Assembly: GCA_013239625.1 (NCBI GenBank)
Contig: MU053557.1
Span: forward strand, 1,929,063 to 1,993,062
Direction: 5' to 3'
From: Lama guanicoe
Lineage: Eukaryota
DNA: 64,000 bases
Shown: piece by piece, positions 51,577 to 64,000 of the stretch
Layout: every line of letters begins with the position of its first letter
Position numbering within the stretch: position 1 is the stretch's first letter
Translations under genes and position numbers: made by a program
The notes under the pieces: model-generated
What the model was told of the DNA's origin: nothing
Seen by the model: only the letters and a program-made list of their open reading frames with translations
The model's database searches: none

Positions 51577-54500
51577 AAAGCAATGTACAGACAGTGGAAA
51601 CCCATACTCTGACAGTGGCCCATACTATGATTTTCCAGAGACAGCCATTGTTAAGAGTGTTTCAGAGGTTGACATGCAGTGAGCCTGAAAGACAAATCCA
51701 GTTTACAGATGATCGTGTACAATATTTTTAAAGATAATTCTATTAGTTGCCACGAAATAAAAAAAAATCAAGAGTTTCATGGAATTGGGATACTTTTATG
51801 GAGCTTTGAAGGTGGCAGAGAAGGAAACGGACTACTACAAAGCAGTGTGAAAAGTACTGTGATTAACAGCTTTCCTTGGAAAACTCAAAGATCCGCCACC
51901 CTATTGGCAATGATTCGCTGCAGCTGAGTGGTGCCATTTGCTTTCACATAGGGTGTGCTCCCAAGGTTGTCATAGTCCCTACCTGACCCATTTATAAAAC
52001 CAGTCTGGCCCCCATGTGCATTTGAGTTTGCAATCACTGATGTCTGTCCTTACAAAACCCTCTGTAATACTATGAGTATCGTGAGCACTGCCTATAATCT
52101 CTTTTCTATTATATCCGTGTCAGCACATACAGCTCTACCTACATATTCCTCTGGGTGACGACATTATGCTATATCGAACCAATCCCTTCCTGATGGATGT
52201 TTAGGTTAGTTCCATTTATCTCTAGTTACAAACACTGTAACAGTAAATGCTTTTGTATATATCTTTGGGTATTTGGGCATTTCTCTTGAATAAACTAAAT
52301 GTGAAATGACTTGCGTGAAAAGAAATACATCTTTAAATTTTCAGCAGATAATGACAAAATGCTGAAGATGGGTTAGAATCCAGGTCATTTTTTTTTTTTT
52401 TGCCCCAAGCAAGGGGCAAAGAGTGGCAAAGCTGGAGAGTGACATCAAGAGATGAACTGTCCAACATTTGAGCCCTTTTCTTCCATAACCATACTCCTCT
52501 ACTCCTAATCTACCCACAGCTGACTGGCACAAATACTGCAAGTGGAAGAGGCAGACTTAGCAGGACGAATGTATTTTAGAGTTCTAGCTGAAAAGTTATT
52601 TCACAGTCATAAAGTGGGCATGAAAACAAAGTGAGATAATCATTCAGGTTATATTTATGGGATTCTCCATTTGTTATTAAAAACAAAAGAAATTTTCATC
52701 CACATATATTGATTAGTCTTTAGGCTTTTGGCATTTCTTATTATTTTATCTAAACAAGATACTGTACTCCTTTACTTTCTGTTTCAGGCTTATTTCCCCT
52801 TCTGTTTGATGTATGTTAACCTGATGTTACTGAGTAAAGGCTGCTTACGTTTCCAAGGTTTGGGCTCTACTGAGTGGAACCAAAGATAAAAATCTGGGAT
52901 CAAAATTACAATAAGGAATTGACTAAAATAGCCTCTTTTTTTTTTTTTAAACATGATAAATGCAGCGAATGGGATGACTTGAAGGTTAAGAGTAGAGGTT
53001 GCCTGGGTAGACGTCCTGACCTCCCTCAAGCACTAGCTGGGGCAAAACATAACCCCTCTAAGTCTGTCGCCTCATCTATTAAGACGGGGTAATAACAGGG
53101 TGATAGTTCTTTGCAGAGAATCTGACACAAAATAATGTTCTTTGTTATTATTTATTCTAACATAATAGCCAACCCCACCCCCTCTGAATGTCCTCTAGGA
53201 TGCTGCAATGGCCAACACCACATAAGCCACTGGGCAGCTACTGTGTGAGCTGACACTTTATGTAATGGGCAAATCAGAATGAATAACTCCTTGAGGAAAA
53301 GAAGCCAGGAGTGGGGCTTAGTTTTAAACTGTGCTTTAGATGCAACACGATAGATAATAAGAGGCCTGGTAAGAGGATAATGGCTAGCCTTTACTTAGCA
53401 CTGACTCTGTGTCACACTCTTTGAAGCATTTTATAAGCATTTTCTCAGTATACGCACACAACGATCCTATGGAACAGGTGCTAGTTAGCATCCCTGTTTT
53501 ACAGATGAGAAAACCAAGTACAGAGTGTTTTTAATCAACTCGCTCTAGAGCATCCTCTTATTCAGGAAGATGGCATCGGCCTTCTGACATCAGAGCTTAC
53601 AGTCTTAACCACTAGAGTAAGTTAGAAACAATGACAGAAAGAGGTCAGTTACAGCCAGTAATATCTTTCAGTCAACTTCTATGCACCAGACACTGGGCTA
53701 CCAACACGTAGTAGGAAGTTTATTCCTTATGTCAAGCCTAAGGATTACATATTCCTCATAGCACTTTTATGGATGGGACTTAGAGCTATTGAACACCCAG
53801 AGTCACAGAGCTCTTAATGGTAGAAGTGATTTTCCAAAGCATGTCTGCAGATTCCAAGTCCTGAGCTTTCATCCTTGGAATGCAGTAAGAATTCCAAACA
53901 CAAATGAGTCATCCTCACCTCTCAGCAAATATTTATTAAGCAGAGATTTATTAACAGAGATTATGCAGAGGAGAGATAATTTATAGGGACAAGTGAGTAA
54001 ACAACATTTTCTATAGTTAATATATAATTAGCATCATCACAGGGCCCCCAAAAATCTAATTGATTTGACAAATGTCATCTACAGACAGTTACAGGAAAAC
54101 AATTCTAATTCTCATTTTAAAAAAAGAGGAAGCCTTTTGTGTATCACGTATTTTCACATTATCCTTGAAGACCTACCTGTGAAGAGAGGCATCTGGGTCT
54201 AATCAGGGCATTTAGGGAATTACTAAGTTTTGCAACTTTTCCTGCCTGCAATCACAAGTACAAAGTTGTGGTTACTCAACAGCCTAGGCAAACAGTCAGC
54301 TTTTGCACAGACTTGCCCTGAGTTTAATAGAATTAAGGTTGCATCCTGCTCAGGGTTTTGAATCAAAACATGTCCTGATTTCATCAGCAAAGAAACAGTG
54401 AAGGAAGAGAAGGAAGACGGGTTGCGATCACAGCCTTCTTCCTTTGTGAGGCGCAGTATCTGTTAGGGATTAACATCTACTTAAAGCAGTTTCAGAGCTT

Positions 54501-57177
54501 TGCAGCTTACTTTTCCTTTCTTTGGCCAGCTTATTAATTGTAATGCACAGACTATTATTGTTGGAGGATTTAACTCCACCTGTTGTAAATGTTTTAGTAA
54601 ATCTATCATGATTTAAGCTATTTTTATTATCTTTGAACAAATTTATTACACTAGTAACATATGTTCATTGTAGAACATCTACAAATACACATGAGCAAAA
54701 TGAAAAGACTAAAATCAACTAATAAGTCCAGTGGCCAGAAATGACTGTCGGTGACACTTTGGCCTACATTCTTCTAGACTCAACGTTATCTATTTCTGTA
54801 TCATTCTTGAATAACCTGGGCTCATATGGCTTGTGAGTTTCTATGTTCACTTAATTGTGAACATCCTTCATGTCATCAAGTATATATCTCCACTGTCATT
54901 TTCAATAGTTGTAACATATGGTACAATTCGTTGTAATATATATACTATATATGTTATATATAATACATATATATATATATAAACACACACACATACATAC
55001 ACAACAGTGGTTCTAAGGGCTACCAGCACATAGTGTATATTATATATATGCCACCATTTACTTACCCATTTACCCATTCCCCTATGTTGGACATGAAGGA
55101 TGTTATTAACTTTTCACTACCGTAAGTATTTAGATGAGGAACATACTTGGGTATATATCTGTTGCATTAGTATAAATTTCTAACAGTGGTATTTCAGGGT
55201 ATTGTAAGTCTTTAGCTAATTTCAACTGGTCTTTTTTTCTTGCTTGCTTGCTTTTTTTTTTTCTTTTTTTTGAAATAACTATAAGCCCACAAGAAGTTGC
55301 AAGAGTGAAAAAGTGGTACAGAAAAGTCGTTTGCACCCTTCAGCAACCCTTCCCTGAGGGATAACATTGTATGTAACAGTAATGTGGCATAAAAGCTAGG
55401 ACACTGGCATAATGCAATAACTAGACTACAGACTTTACTTGGATTTAACCAGTCGAATTTTTTTTATATTAATAGAATGGTAAGACACATTCTCACTTTC
55501 CTACTTTCTCTCTTACACAGCAGCCTTTTGAACTCCTTCCTAAACCTCTGTAGAGGAAAGATTATCAACTATGTTTAGTAGACTACTGTCTTCTATTGAA
55601 AATCAAGAGGAAGAAATGCAAGTAAGAATCTCTCATCAGATGCAGAGGTGGTTGAACCCCCAACTGAGGCACAGAAAATGGGTAGGGTTCTGCCCTCCTT
55701 TCAGTTCTTCGCATCATTCCAGTCCCTTTATGATGCACTAGAACAGAGCATCCCAAAGCCTGGGGTACCCCAACCACAAAGTAACACTGAATCACACAGT
55801 GAGGAGGTTGCTCATTTCTCCTTCACTCCTTTGATCACATCAAGGACAAAGCCTCAGTTTGGGACTAGTCGTCAATGCCTCTCTGACACTTGCTAAGTCT
55901 CCCTTTTTAACAAATTGCTCAGGCCTCAAGTTCAGATGGAGGCGGGCCATATCATTTAACTGAAATTCAATGGCATTTTATTGTAATTAAATGTACTTTT
56001 GCCTTCAAATTGCAGCAGATGAAACTGGTTTTCCATTTACAGGAATATTGTTTAAATTTCCTTTCAAAACACATTTATTTCAACAACAAAAAAGTGATTC
56101 GATATAAAAAAAATGTGATTAGGGCAAAAAACAAAAAAGGTGGAATGCTAAAAACCGAGCTTAGGGATACATGGTGTTAGAGCCTTGTGGTCGGTGAAGA
56201 ATGGACCAGCCAGCCACATAGCCTGGCATACTCCCCTTTGGGTTGAGTTTGGGCAAGAGTAAGAATCACTGGGTTCCTGGTTCTCCTATGGGATCTGTTT
56301 ACAAAACAAAAAGACAAAACGTATTTCTACATCTATTAAGCACTTCTTGGATGCCTCATTTCATTGACTCCTCAGAACAACTCAATGAGATAGATTTCAT
56401 TGGTAAACTCATTTTAAACACGAGGAGTCCAAGAGATGGAGGAATGGAGTAATTTGCGAACTAATCCATCTAGTAACTGGCAGGGCTGGGATTCAGACCA
56501 GATGGCTGCTGGTTCATACTGTTTCTCATTAAACTTAAGGACTGTCAGTCATCTCTAGAAAATGTGGGATGACTCTATACCCTTGCCAGGAGTTTGGGTC
56601 CCTTTATTGTGGGTCTGGTGATTGCATAGGAATTCCCTAAAATATACTCCTGAGCTGAAGACATCCTCCTGACTGGAAAGGGTATCTCACAGTTAACTTC
56701 ATTCTGGACCTGCATCTTTCAAAGAAGGGCAGGATGTCTAACAGCCATTCAACCCTTGCCATTCCACCTTCCTAGACATTTCCACTATTGGAAAGATGCC
56801 CAGTTTTCTCCAATCATTCCTCTCCTTGAATAGTTCCAAAGGTTTCCCAGTATCATCAGAAAACCAAATCACGGGGGCAAATTTAGCATCAAGGATACAG
56901 ATAATATAGCTCCATTTAAATATTTAAAACATATATCCAAATTTATACTAGCTACTGAGGAAAGAAAGCAAAGAATTACAAAACATGGCCTATGCCAACA
57001 AAAGTCCAATGATGGTCAAGAAAGTCTTCATGATCCTTTCAATTTTAATGCTTCAGATTTCTAGCTACCTGGACTCCTTTGATGGACTTATGGGATGGTT
57101 TACAAATGATTAATTTTAAGGCAAAGCTTCTGAGACCACTGAAGCATTAAGAGCACGTCAAGTGGAAACACACACCT

Positions 57178-57282
57178 CTAAAATTATAACTGCAATAAAT
57201 AAGTAAATTTGATTGACAAAAATTGTCTGCTAAAATTATAACTGCAATAAATAAGTAAATTTGATTGACAAAAATTGTCTGC
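57178..57282. repeat. Perfect tandem duplication, 2 x 52 bp
   Basis: CTAAAATTATAACTGCAATAAATAAGTAAATTTGATTGACAAAAATTGTCTG repeated without a mismatch. Confidence 0.95.
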
Positions 57283-57849
57283 ATCCCTGTTTTGTGATTT
57301 AATTTTAAATTTGAAAGAAATTATCTTAGGCAGGGACAAAGGTTTGCTTGCTTGGAAGTAATCTATTTGGGAGCAAGTGTTAAGGATGAAAAAGGGATAG
57401 ACGGAATGAGGGAGAGACAGTACAGTATGCATTGTTGCATTAGCCACCCAAATGGATGAGTGGTACTCATCCCACAGAACCTTTTGAAGAGCCTTATGAA
57501 ATCTCAGGATTGCCTACTCCGAAGGATGAAAGGAGGAAGCACTTATCCAAAGGTTCCCCATTAGTTAAAGGTGGTCCACACTTTTGGATCGTGCACATGG
57601 GACTGCAGAGCAAGTTCCTGTGAGTGTACCACACTGCAATATCAGAGAAGCTCTGGGGCAGGAGGCAAGAGGTACATGGCAGGGTCCTGACACCATCAGG
57701 TGGCATCCACCTGAATCTGATGAAATGTCTTAGCTTAAGAGGTGAGGCTGAGAACTTGCAAAGTGGCATGCAAAAGGTGTCCAATACAAAACCATTATCA
57801 GCAGTTTGACGTACATCTGCCCAGACACAGTTTTTAAAGGACATCATTA

Positions 57850-58480
57850 ATTCACTGATTCAGTCAATCATAAACCCATTCAACAAACACTAATTAAGCA
57901 TCAACCACGTGCCACTGACTATGTTAAGTACAAGGGATAGAGCAGATGGTCACTCATAAGCGCTTTGTTCTCTTGGAATTTGCAGGCTCTTTGGGGAAAT
58001 CAGGCATTAAATAAGACATTATAATTGTTACTGAATTACAATTGTGATAACTGTTACCAAGTGTAGGATGATAAACTTTCTAGTCAGGAGAATTAAGGAA
58101 GGCTTCCCTGAGGAAATGGCATTTAAGCTCAAACTTTCACAAGAGTGGGTGAAGAAAGCAAAGGAGGAGGGGAAAGTAACGAGGAAGAGAGGAACTAGAA
58201 AGTGTGTTGCAGACAGAAAGGAGAACATTAACAAATAACCCCACAGCAGAAAAACTTAACCTGTCCTGTGTAAAGAGGAAAACCCAGTGGGATGGAACTG
58301 GAGTGGGTGAGTGAGGGGGGGACGTGGGGTAAGTTGAGGCAGGTGAGGTGCGCAGGAGGGGGATCATGTCTGGCCTGATAGGTCAGAAAAAGGATGGGGT
58401 TTTATCCTCAGGTCACTGGGAATCCACTGAAGGATCTTGAACAGGAGAGCAATATGATCAGATTTGCTTTTTTTTCCTTA
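57850..58480 (-). mobile_element. L2 LINE fragment
   Basis: CATTCAACAAACACTAATTAAGCA reverse terminus; AAGGAAGGCTTCCCTGAGGAAATGGCATTTAAGC body. Confidence 0.55.
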
Positions 58481-59992
58481 CATAAATCAAGATATGCTTG
58501 TAAATACAAGCAGCAGAAGCTCATAAATATCACACAGGTATTTAAAGAGAGCACAGCCTGTAATCCCGACATAATCGTACAAATATAAACAGGAGTGTTG
58601 ATGAGGTGGGAGCAGTGGGGGTGATGGCCTGAGCCAGGAGTCTGGGAAGGCATGCACAGGTCACGTTTTTGTTTGTTTTTGAGGACTAGTTCATCTGATT
58701 TGACGCCAAGGTTGCATTTAGGTAAGCCCGGATGAAATCCCCGTTGAAAAACCTCCCGTTTCTTCAAAAGAAAATTTCTCCTCAAGCTTCCACCAAGACT
58801 AACCTCTTGTAGGTTGGAGACCACCTACAGGGTGTAATGTGAAAGGTGCTGAAAAACCACTCCCATTCACTGTAAACTTTCTCCGCCTTCCACCAGTGTC
58901 TAAAATTCCATGATCATAATTCTCTTCTGCTGAATTTTCAGTTGTCAAATATGCTGGCCCTAGATCTAGCCTGCCTTCCTGGGACAAAGCTGGGTTTTGT
59001 GTTTTCTCAGGGATGGGTGGATTTGAAGCTTTTTGAGACCCACACAGGGGCAGGGAGGGGCCAGGAGACTGGACAGATTACAGAGAGCAAGAGTGAAAGC
59101 AGCTTGGGCTCTCCTGTGTGTAAAGGTTGCATACATAATGTTACAGATATATCTTTACATAAACCTATGTAAACATACACAGGTGTACTTTTGGCATAAA
59201 CTTGACTTTATAACATGGGAAGCAATCATGGTGAGGAACATTGGCTCTGGGGTTGGACCAACCTGGGTTCAGATCACAATCTTTGTAACTCTAGGAAAGT
59301 TATGGCACCTACCTTCTAGGGTGGTTGGGAAGATTGCATGAGATAGTCTGTTTAAAGTCTTAGCAATGGTCTGTGGCATAAAGGTTACTTACTAAGATTA
59401 TGTGTATATTTCTCCTTGTGCAAGCCAGTGTGTGTCTGTGCATGCAGATGCCGATGTGGATATGTCAGGGAGATAAAGTGTGTTTAAGAACAAGAGAGGT
59501 GAAGAAGGGAGAATGTTGCCCATCCCTGCAGCAGAAGTGCCAGACCTGGCACTGGAGTGTGAGGGGGCTGCAGGGCTGCTCACAGAGAGGACAGCTCAGC
59601 TTTACCAAACAGGAAACAGAGGAAGGAACAGCAAAGGGTCTTGAACCATAAGGGGCTTCTTGATAAGCACAGACTGTAAAGTGGAAATTGATTGAAGGAG
59701 ACAGACAACAGAATGCCATGCAATATTGTTGAAGCTCAAAAAAACCCTCCATAAAAGGGAGACGGAAAAAAAAAAAAGGAATTGAATATGGTCTCTGAAA
59801 TTGACACGTCTCCAAATTAGGCCTCTATGCTCAGAGGACATGTGACTCCATCTGCTCCATCCTAAAGCTCTCCTCTGTTTTGAGCTTCAGGCATGTTGGC
59901 TTTTTCAGAACTGACATGGAAGAACTTTGAAAAACATATAAACCCACAATCTATTCTCAGACCTCTTGGTCCCCTCTTAAGTTTTTCCCATG

Positions 59993-60079
59993 GCGGGCAG
60001 GTTATAGCTAGTGGCAGAGCATGTGCTTAGCATTCACAAGGCCCTGGGTTCTACCCCCAGTACCTCCATTAAAAGAAAA
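59993..60079 (+). mobile_element. tRNA-derived camelid SINE (Vic-1-like)
   Basis: Head plus A tail; TSD AAG(T/A)TTTTCCCATG at ~59979-59992 and ~60080-60093. Confidence 0.83.
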
Positions 60080-60602
60080 AAGATTTTCCCATGAAGTCAT
60101 ATCTAAGTGCTCTCTGTATAATAAAGAATTGTCATCCTCACGTCTGAGAGAGAAGATAGAGTAAAAACAGAACACTCAGTATCTAGTCCCAGTTCTGCCC
60201 CTAACTCACTGGGCTACTTCAAAGAATCTCTCAACCTCTCTGGGCACAGCTGCCTCACCTGCCAAAGAAGTTGATTGGTCAGTCTGGGTCCTGATCTTTT
60301 GACTTCCTGCCATTCTAGACAAGGTTTAGCTCCCTTCAACCATCGCTCCTCCCCTTAAAGTTGTATCACCATAGGACATGGGAGTTAAGAGCACAGACCA
60401 CCTGCTTCTTGCTAGCTGTGACTCTGGGCTGAGTTCTCTAACCTCTCTGCACCTCCGTTTCCTTTTTTGTAAAATGAGGGTACAGAAAATTGTAGTGCAT
60501 GATGATGCTAGCACGGGTTGCTAAAAGGATTGAGTGAGTTAGTGTAGGTGAAGTATTTAGAACAGTGCTTGGCACAGGTGAGGGCAACTGTGGTGTTAAG
60601 TA

Positions 60603-60603
60603 A

Positions 60604-60639
<36 letters not shown>
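60603..60639. repeat. (ATT)n microsatellite at the end of a MIR (~60380-60600)
   Basis: Read directly from the sequence. Confidence 0.9.
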
Positions 60640-60640
<1 letters not shown>

Positions 60641-61049
60641 TACTTTACTGGATACTTTTGGAGTGTTACATGAAATATATTACCGCTAAATCAAGAAACA
60701 GAAGTGTAAGCATTTATTTGGGGCTATGAAAAGACTCCAGTGGGTAGGGAGGTGGGGGTGGAACTGGGACATTGCTTTTTTCTTTTAAAGCCCTCTTGTG
60801 CTTTGATTTTTCCAGGCTATGTCTGTACCATCACAACACGTTTTGTTTCATTTAAAAAGACTGAACAAAAAGATCACTAAAGTCCCTCTGAAATCTCAAA
60901 ACTCAAGGATTGACTGTGAGTTTTTTGAAGGAGCAGTACTTTCTATGTGGCTGGATTGCTATCTAGCTACCATGAATATGTTTGACCTTTTTGGGAAATC
61001 TTCATAAAAGTTCAAAACAAACACAGTCACCTTGGCAGGTTTATAACCC

Positions 61050-61610
61050 AGCGGGTTTCAACTTCGCCGACAGGAGAGAAAAACCAGAATGATGAAAATA
61101 TAAACTTTGTCAACACCGGGCCTTCCGGGCTGGCTTGCATTTTGCCCAGTGTAATGTCTTCCCAGAAACCGACCGGGCGACACAAAGGGAGGATCAGGAG
61201 CAGGGCGTGGACTCGGGGCAAAGCGCCCGGCGGTGAAAGGGTTAACAGGGCTGGGTAAGGCGATCCCTGAAATGAGTAAGACTCGAGTGGGGAAAGTTTT
61301 CAAAGCAGCCGCAGCGGCAGCTCCTGGGGAAACGGAAGCCGCCGGCTGGAGGGAGCCTGGCTGGAGCCGCGGACCGGGCTGAACTGAACTCTGCCGGGGT
61401 GAAAGCGCAAGGTTAGTGCTAGTGGCCCCCGCACACCTCCCGGCGCTGACATCTTTGGAGCGTTGTCTCGGGAAGGCCAGGCGCCCTCTCTCGTCCCCGC
61501 GTGTCGCGTTGGCTTTTCTCACCAGGGGGGCCACCGGCGCGCGTGCCAAACCTCCGCCTGCTGCGCTCACCCATGCCCTGGCGCCCGGAGGGACTGGGAC
61601 CTCTAACGAG
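61050..61610 (+). promoter_or_regulatory. SH3RF2: CpG island / SH3RF2 promoter
   Basis: Sharp rise in GC and CpG density against a CpG-poor background, about 1.1-1.6 kb upstream of the SH3RF2 ATG. Confidence 0.8.
61290..61411 (+). other. SH3RF2: Putative non-coding first exon of SH3RF2 (5' boundary uncertain)
   Basis: Donor AAG|GTTAGT at 61411/61412 inside the CpG island; the ATG-bearing exon has a strong acceptor, so an upstream exon is expected. Confidence 0.5.
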
Positions 61611-61678
61611 GAGGCTTTTCTAAACGGGAGGCTTCAGACATCCGAAAAGAAACTGGAACAAGAATTGTTTTCAGAATA

Positions 61679-61723
61679 CACACACAGACACACACAGACA
61701 CACACACACACACACACACACAC
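61679..61723. repeat. (CA)n microsatellite in the putative SH3RF2 intron 1
   Basis: Read directly from the sequence. Confidence 0.9.
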
Positions 61724-62627
61724 CTGTATATGCAGCTTGGCTTTTGCAAGCTGTGACCACGGTCCAGAGTTCCTGCCTGCTTCACTTGAAACTGGGAACA
61801 ATTGTCCAAGTAACTAAACAGGCTGTGTGACTTCATCTTATGGGAGGAATATTGTCTCTGAGGCCAAGATAATCAAGGTGTGGAGGCCAGAGGAGGAGAG
61901 AGAGAGAGAGGGAGAGGGCGAGAAGGGAGGAAGGGAGGAAGAAAAGAAAGAACGAAAAAAAGTCCAAGCCCCATGGCCTGTAGTTGAGGCAAAACACTTT
62001 GTGAAAACTAGTTTCTAGTAGAACTTTTTTTTTTTTTTGCACATTGCTTGAACAAAGTAATGGGGGGAGATATGAAGGAACTAATTCTACAACTGCAGGA
62101 GATTCAGGTAAACTTATCTATGTAAACATAACTTGTCTGCATGTGAGGCAGATAAGAGAGAAACTTAAAGGGGAAAAGAAAAAAAGAGTAGAGAGCATCA
62201 CAGGAATTGCGCCTTGAGGGGCCTTTCATTTGAGAATGGAGAGGGACCGACTGCCCGACTGCTTGGAGCCCTGGCTGGGGGAGAGGGCTTTCTGGGCCTC
62301 CTCATCAGGCCAGCTCTGTGTCCCTGCTCTTGCCTTCCACACGGAGAGGCAGTGAGTAAGTAGTCGGTCGCTGTGCTGATTGCTTCCTCAGACCCGCCAG
62401 CAGGCAGGAGCAGAGGCTTATACCTGCTAGCACTGAATCAGAATGAGTCATCTGAAACTTGGGAGCTGGAACAAAGTCCTTGCAAACTGCCTTATGAGAC
62501 AATGCCTTGATGTAGGTGGGAGACACTTCTCGGAGCAATCATCGTTTTTTCCTCCCTCTCCCTTTCTCCTTCCAGCAGGCAGACCTTCTGAAACTCTCCA
62601 GCCGCTTTGGGCTCAGCTGACCCAACC

Positions 62628-62672
62628 ATGTGGACTCTGCCCCTCCAGGTCAGGACCGGAGTTTTAAAATAA
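62628..62672 (+). other. Upstream ORF ([14 protein letters not shown]) in the SH3RF2 5'UTR
   Basis: ACCATGT at 62625-62631; 14 codons, then TAA at 62670-62672. Confidence 0.6.
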
Positions 62673-62674
62673 AA

Positions 62675-63052
62675 ATGGATGATGTGACCTTACTTGATCT
62701 TCTGGAGTGCCCCGTGTGCCTTGAAAAGCTCGATGTCACAGCCAAAGTCCTCCCTTGCCAGCACACCTTCTGCAAACCATGTCTCCAGAGGATTTTCAAG
62801 GCCCACAAGGAGCTGAGGTGCCCCGAATGCCGGACCCTGGTGTTTTGCAGCATCGAGGCACTGCCGGCCAACCTGCTGCTCGTGCGTCTCCTGGACGGGG
62901 TGCGCTCGGGGCCAGGCTCGGGCAGACGGGGCTCCTTCCGCAGGCCCGGCGTGCTGGCCTCGCAGGACGGCAGGAAAAGCAGGACTCAGCCCGGAGGTCT
63001 GCAGTGCAGCCCTTTCCGGCCGGTGCCGAACATCAGAGTCCACATGGATGGG
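62675..63052 (+). CDS. SH3RF2: SH3RF2 first coding exon (126 aa, C3HC4 RING E3 ligase domain); gene continues beyond the window
   Basis: AAAATGG start; [36 protein letters not shown]...CPEC...[13 protein letters not shown]; donor GGG|GTAAGA at 63052/63053; polypyrimidine tract and CAGCAG acceptor at 62573-62578; GRXCR2-SH3RF2 adjacency agrees with recalled human synteny. Confidence 0.95.
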
Positions 63053-64000
63053 GTAAGAAAGATCTGATTTGTTCACATCATCGTGTCCACTTGGAGGCTG
63101 GGTTTGTGTGCATCGCCCGTGAGAGGTTCTCTTCTTTTAGTTACATTTCAGAGAGCGCCGCGGAGGATTCCCTGGGGATAGATTTCTGTGGGCGGCGATA
63201 GTTGTGCTAGGATTTGGTGGAATCCTGAGCCTCTCTAATCCATCCGGGAATTCTTAGCATTGTTACAGCTTCCTAGGTTCTCCCTGCTTCTTGTCCAGAA
63301 AGTGGTAGGTCAAGGAAAGCCTTCTTGCTTAGATTTTTGGTCTCTCATTTCTGCTGTTCTGAGGCCAACCACAGCAGGGGAAATGCAGAGGGTGGGAAAA
63401 AGAGAGAAAACAAATCTAACCGCTTGCTGCTTTTGAGATCTCTGAGAAGTTTCCAAACGTCGGGTTTTGCTTGTATTTTACCCAGATCCATCTTTCCACT
63501 CCCAGTCATAAAGCAACATTATGACAATGCTCGTTCTTAATCGTTCGAGGTTATCAAAGACACCTGATGCCCAAAGTTCATGCGGGAAGGAAGCGGGTAT
63601 GTGGGTGGAGTGACTGGCAGGACAGGCTGGGCTGTGAAAGTACAGCAGAGGTGTCCAGGAGCCGTTCTTTAACAAATGCATAGAACACACACAAAATGCA
63701 CATCGGAGGCTGCAATAAAAAACAAACAGACCCAGTCGAGCCTCTCAGGAGATCACCCAGCAATGCTTTGGGGGGTTTGGATAATGGGAATTGCTCTGTC
63801 CAGCCTTGCAAGCCCATCTTAGGACTTTAACCTGGCTGTGAGTCTCGTTGTGGGGATCCTGGTAAAGGCACATCTCAAGAGAGGGACGTGGTCTTTGTGA
63901 CTCCAGCAGGATTATTTGCTGTCACCCCTGGAGTTAGTGTGTCCAACTGGACATGGCGAGCTGTGGCCTGGATGGTTGGCATTCTTCGAAAGTCTGAGCT

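Noticed and set aside
50039..51612. A functional truncated IRF3 protein, e.g. the N-terminal DBD fragment or the retained DLYIS (pLxIS-like) tail
   Set aside because: Start codon lost, stop after about 46 codons, and stops and frameshifts throughout; residual motifs are expected from neutral decay.
61058..61817. 170-aa and 133-aa ORFs in the CpG island
   Set aside because: GC-rich, stop-poor sequence with GTG starts, low-complexity translations and no recognisable domain.
62630..62674. In-frame GTG-initiated extension of SH3RF2
   Set aside because: Non-AUG start overlapping the uAUG; the ATG at 62675 has strong context and matches the known N-terminus.
1..64000. CRISPR arrays, operons or prokaryotic defence systems
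   Set aside because: The sequence is mammalian (spliced genes, SINEs and LINEs); no repeat-spacer array was seen.

Overview
Mammalian genomic DNA, very probably camelid: about nine copies of a tRNA-derived SINE match the camelid Vic-1 family as I recall it. The window holds the complete three-exon coding sequence of GRXCR2 (minus strand, 246 aa) and, about 45 kb upstream and divergent from it, the CpG-island promoter and first coding (RING) exon of SH3RF2 (plus strand). The interval between them is rich in L1, L2, MIR, ERV-like and DNA-transposon remnants. Most notable items: (1) a full-length, decayed IRF3 retropseudogene (~49983-51576) that is semi-processed, with five junctions spliced but one 100-bp intron retained; (2) an L1 3'-transduction that carried MER3 and MIR cargo into another L1, bounded by a perfect 17-bp target-site duplication (TSD); (3) a uORF that stops 2 nt before the SH3RF2 start codon; (4) a head-to-head SINE pair and a triple-arm palindrome in GRXCR2 introns. 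Gene and repeat identities rest on recalled sequences, not database searches, and repeat boundaries are approximate. I found no evidence of a new functional multi-gene system.
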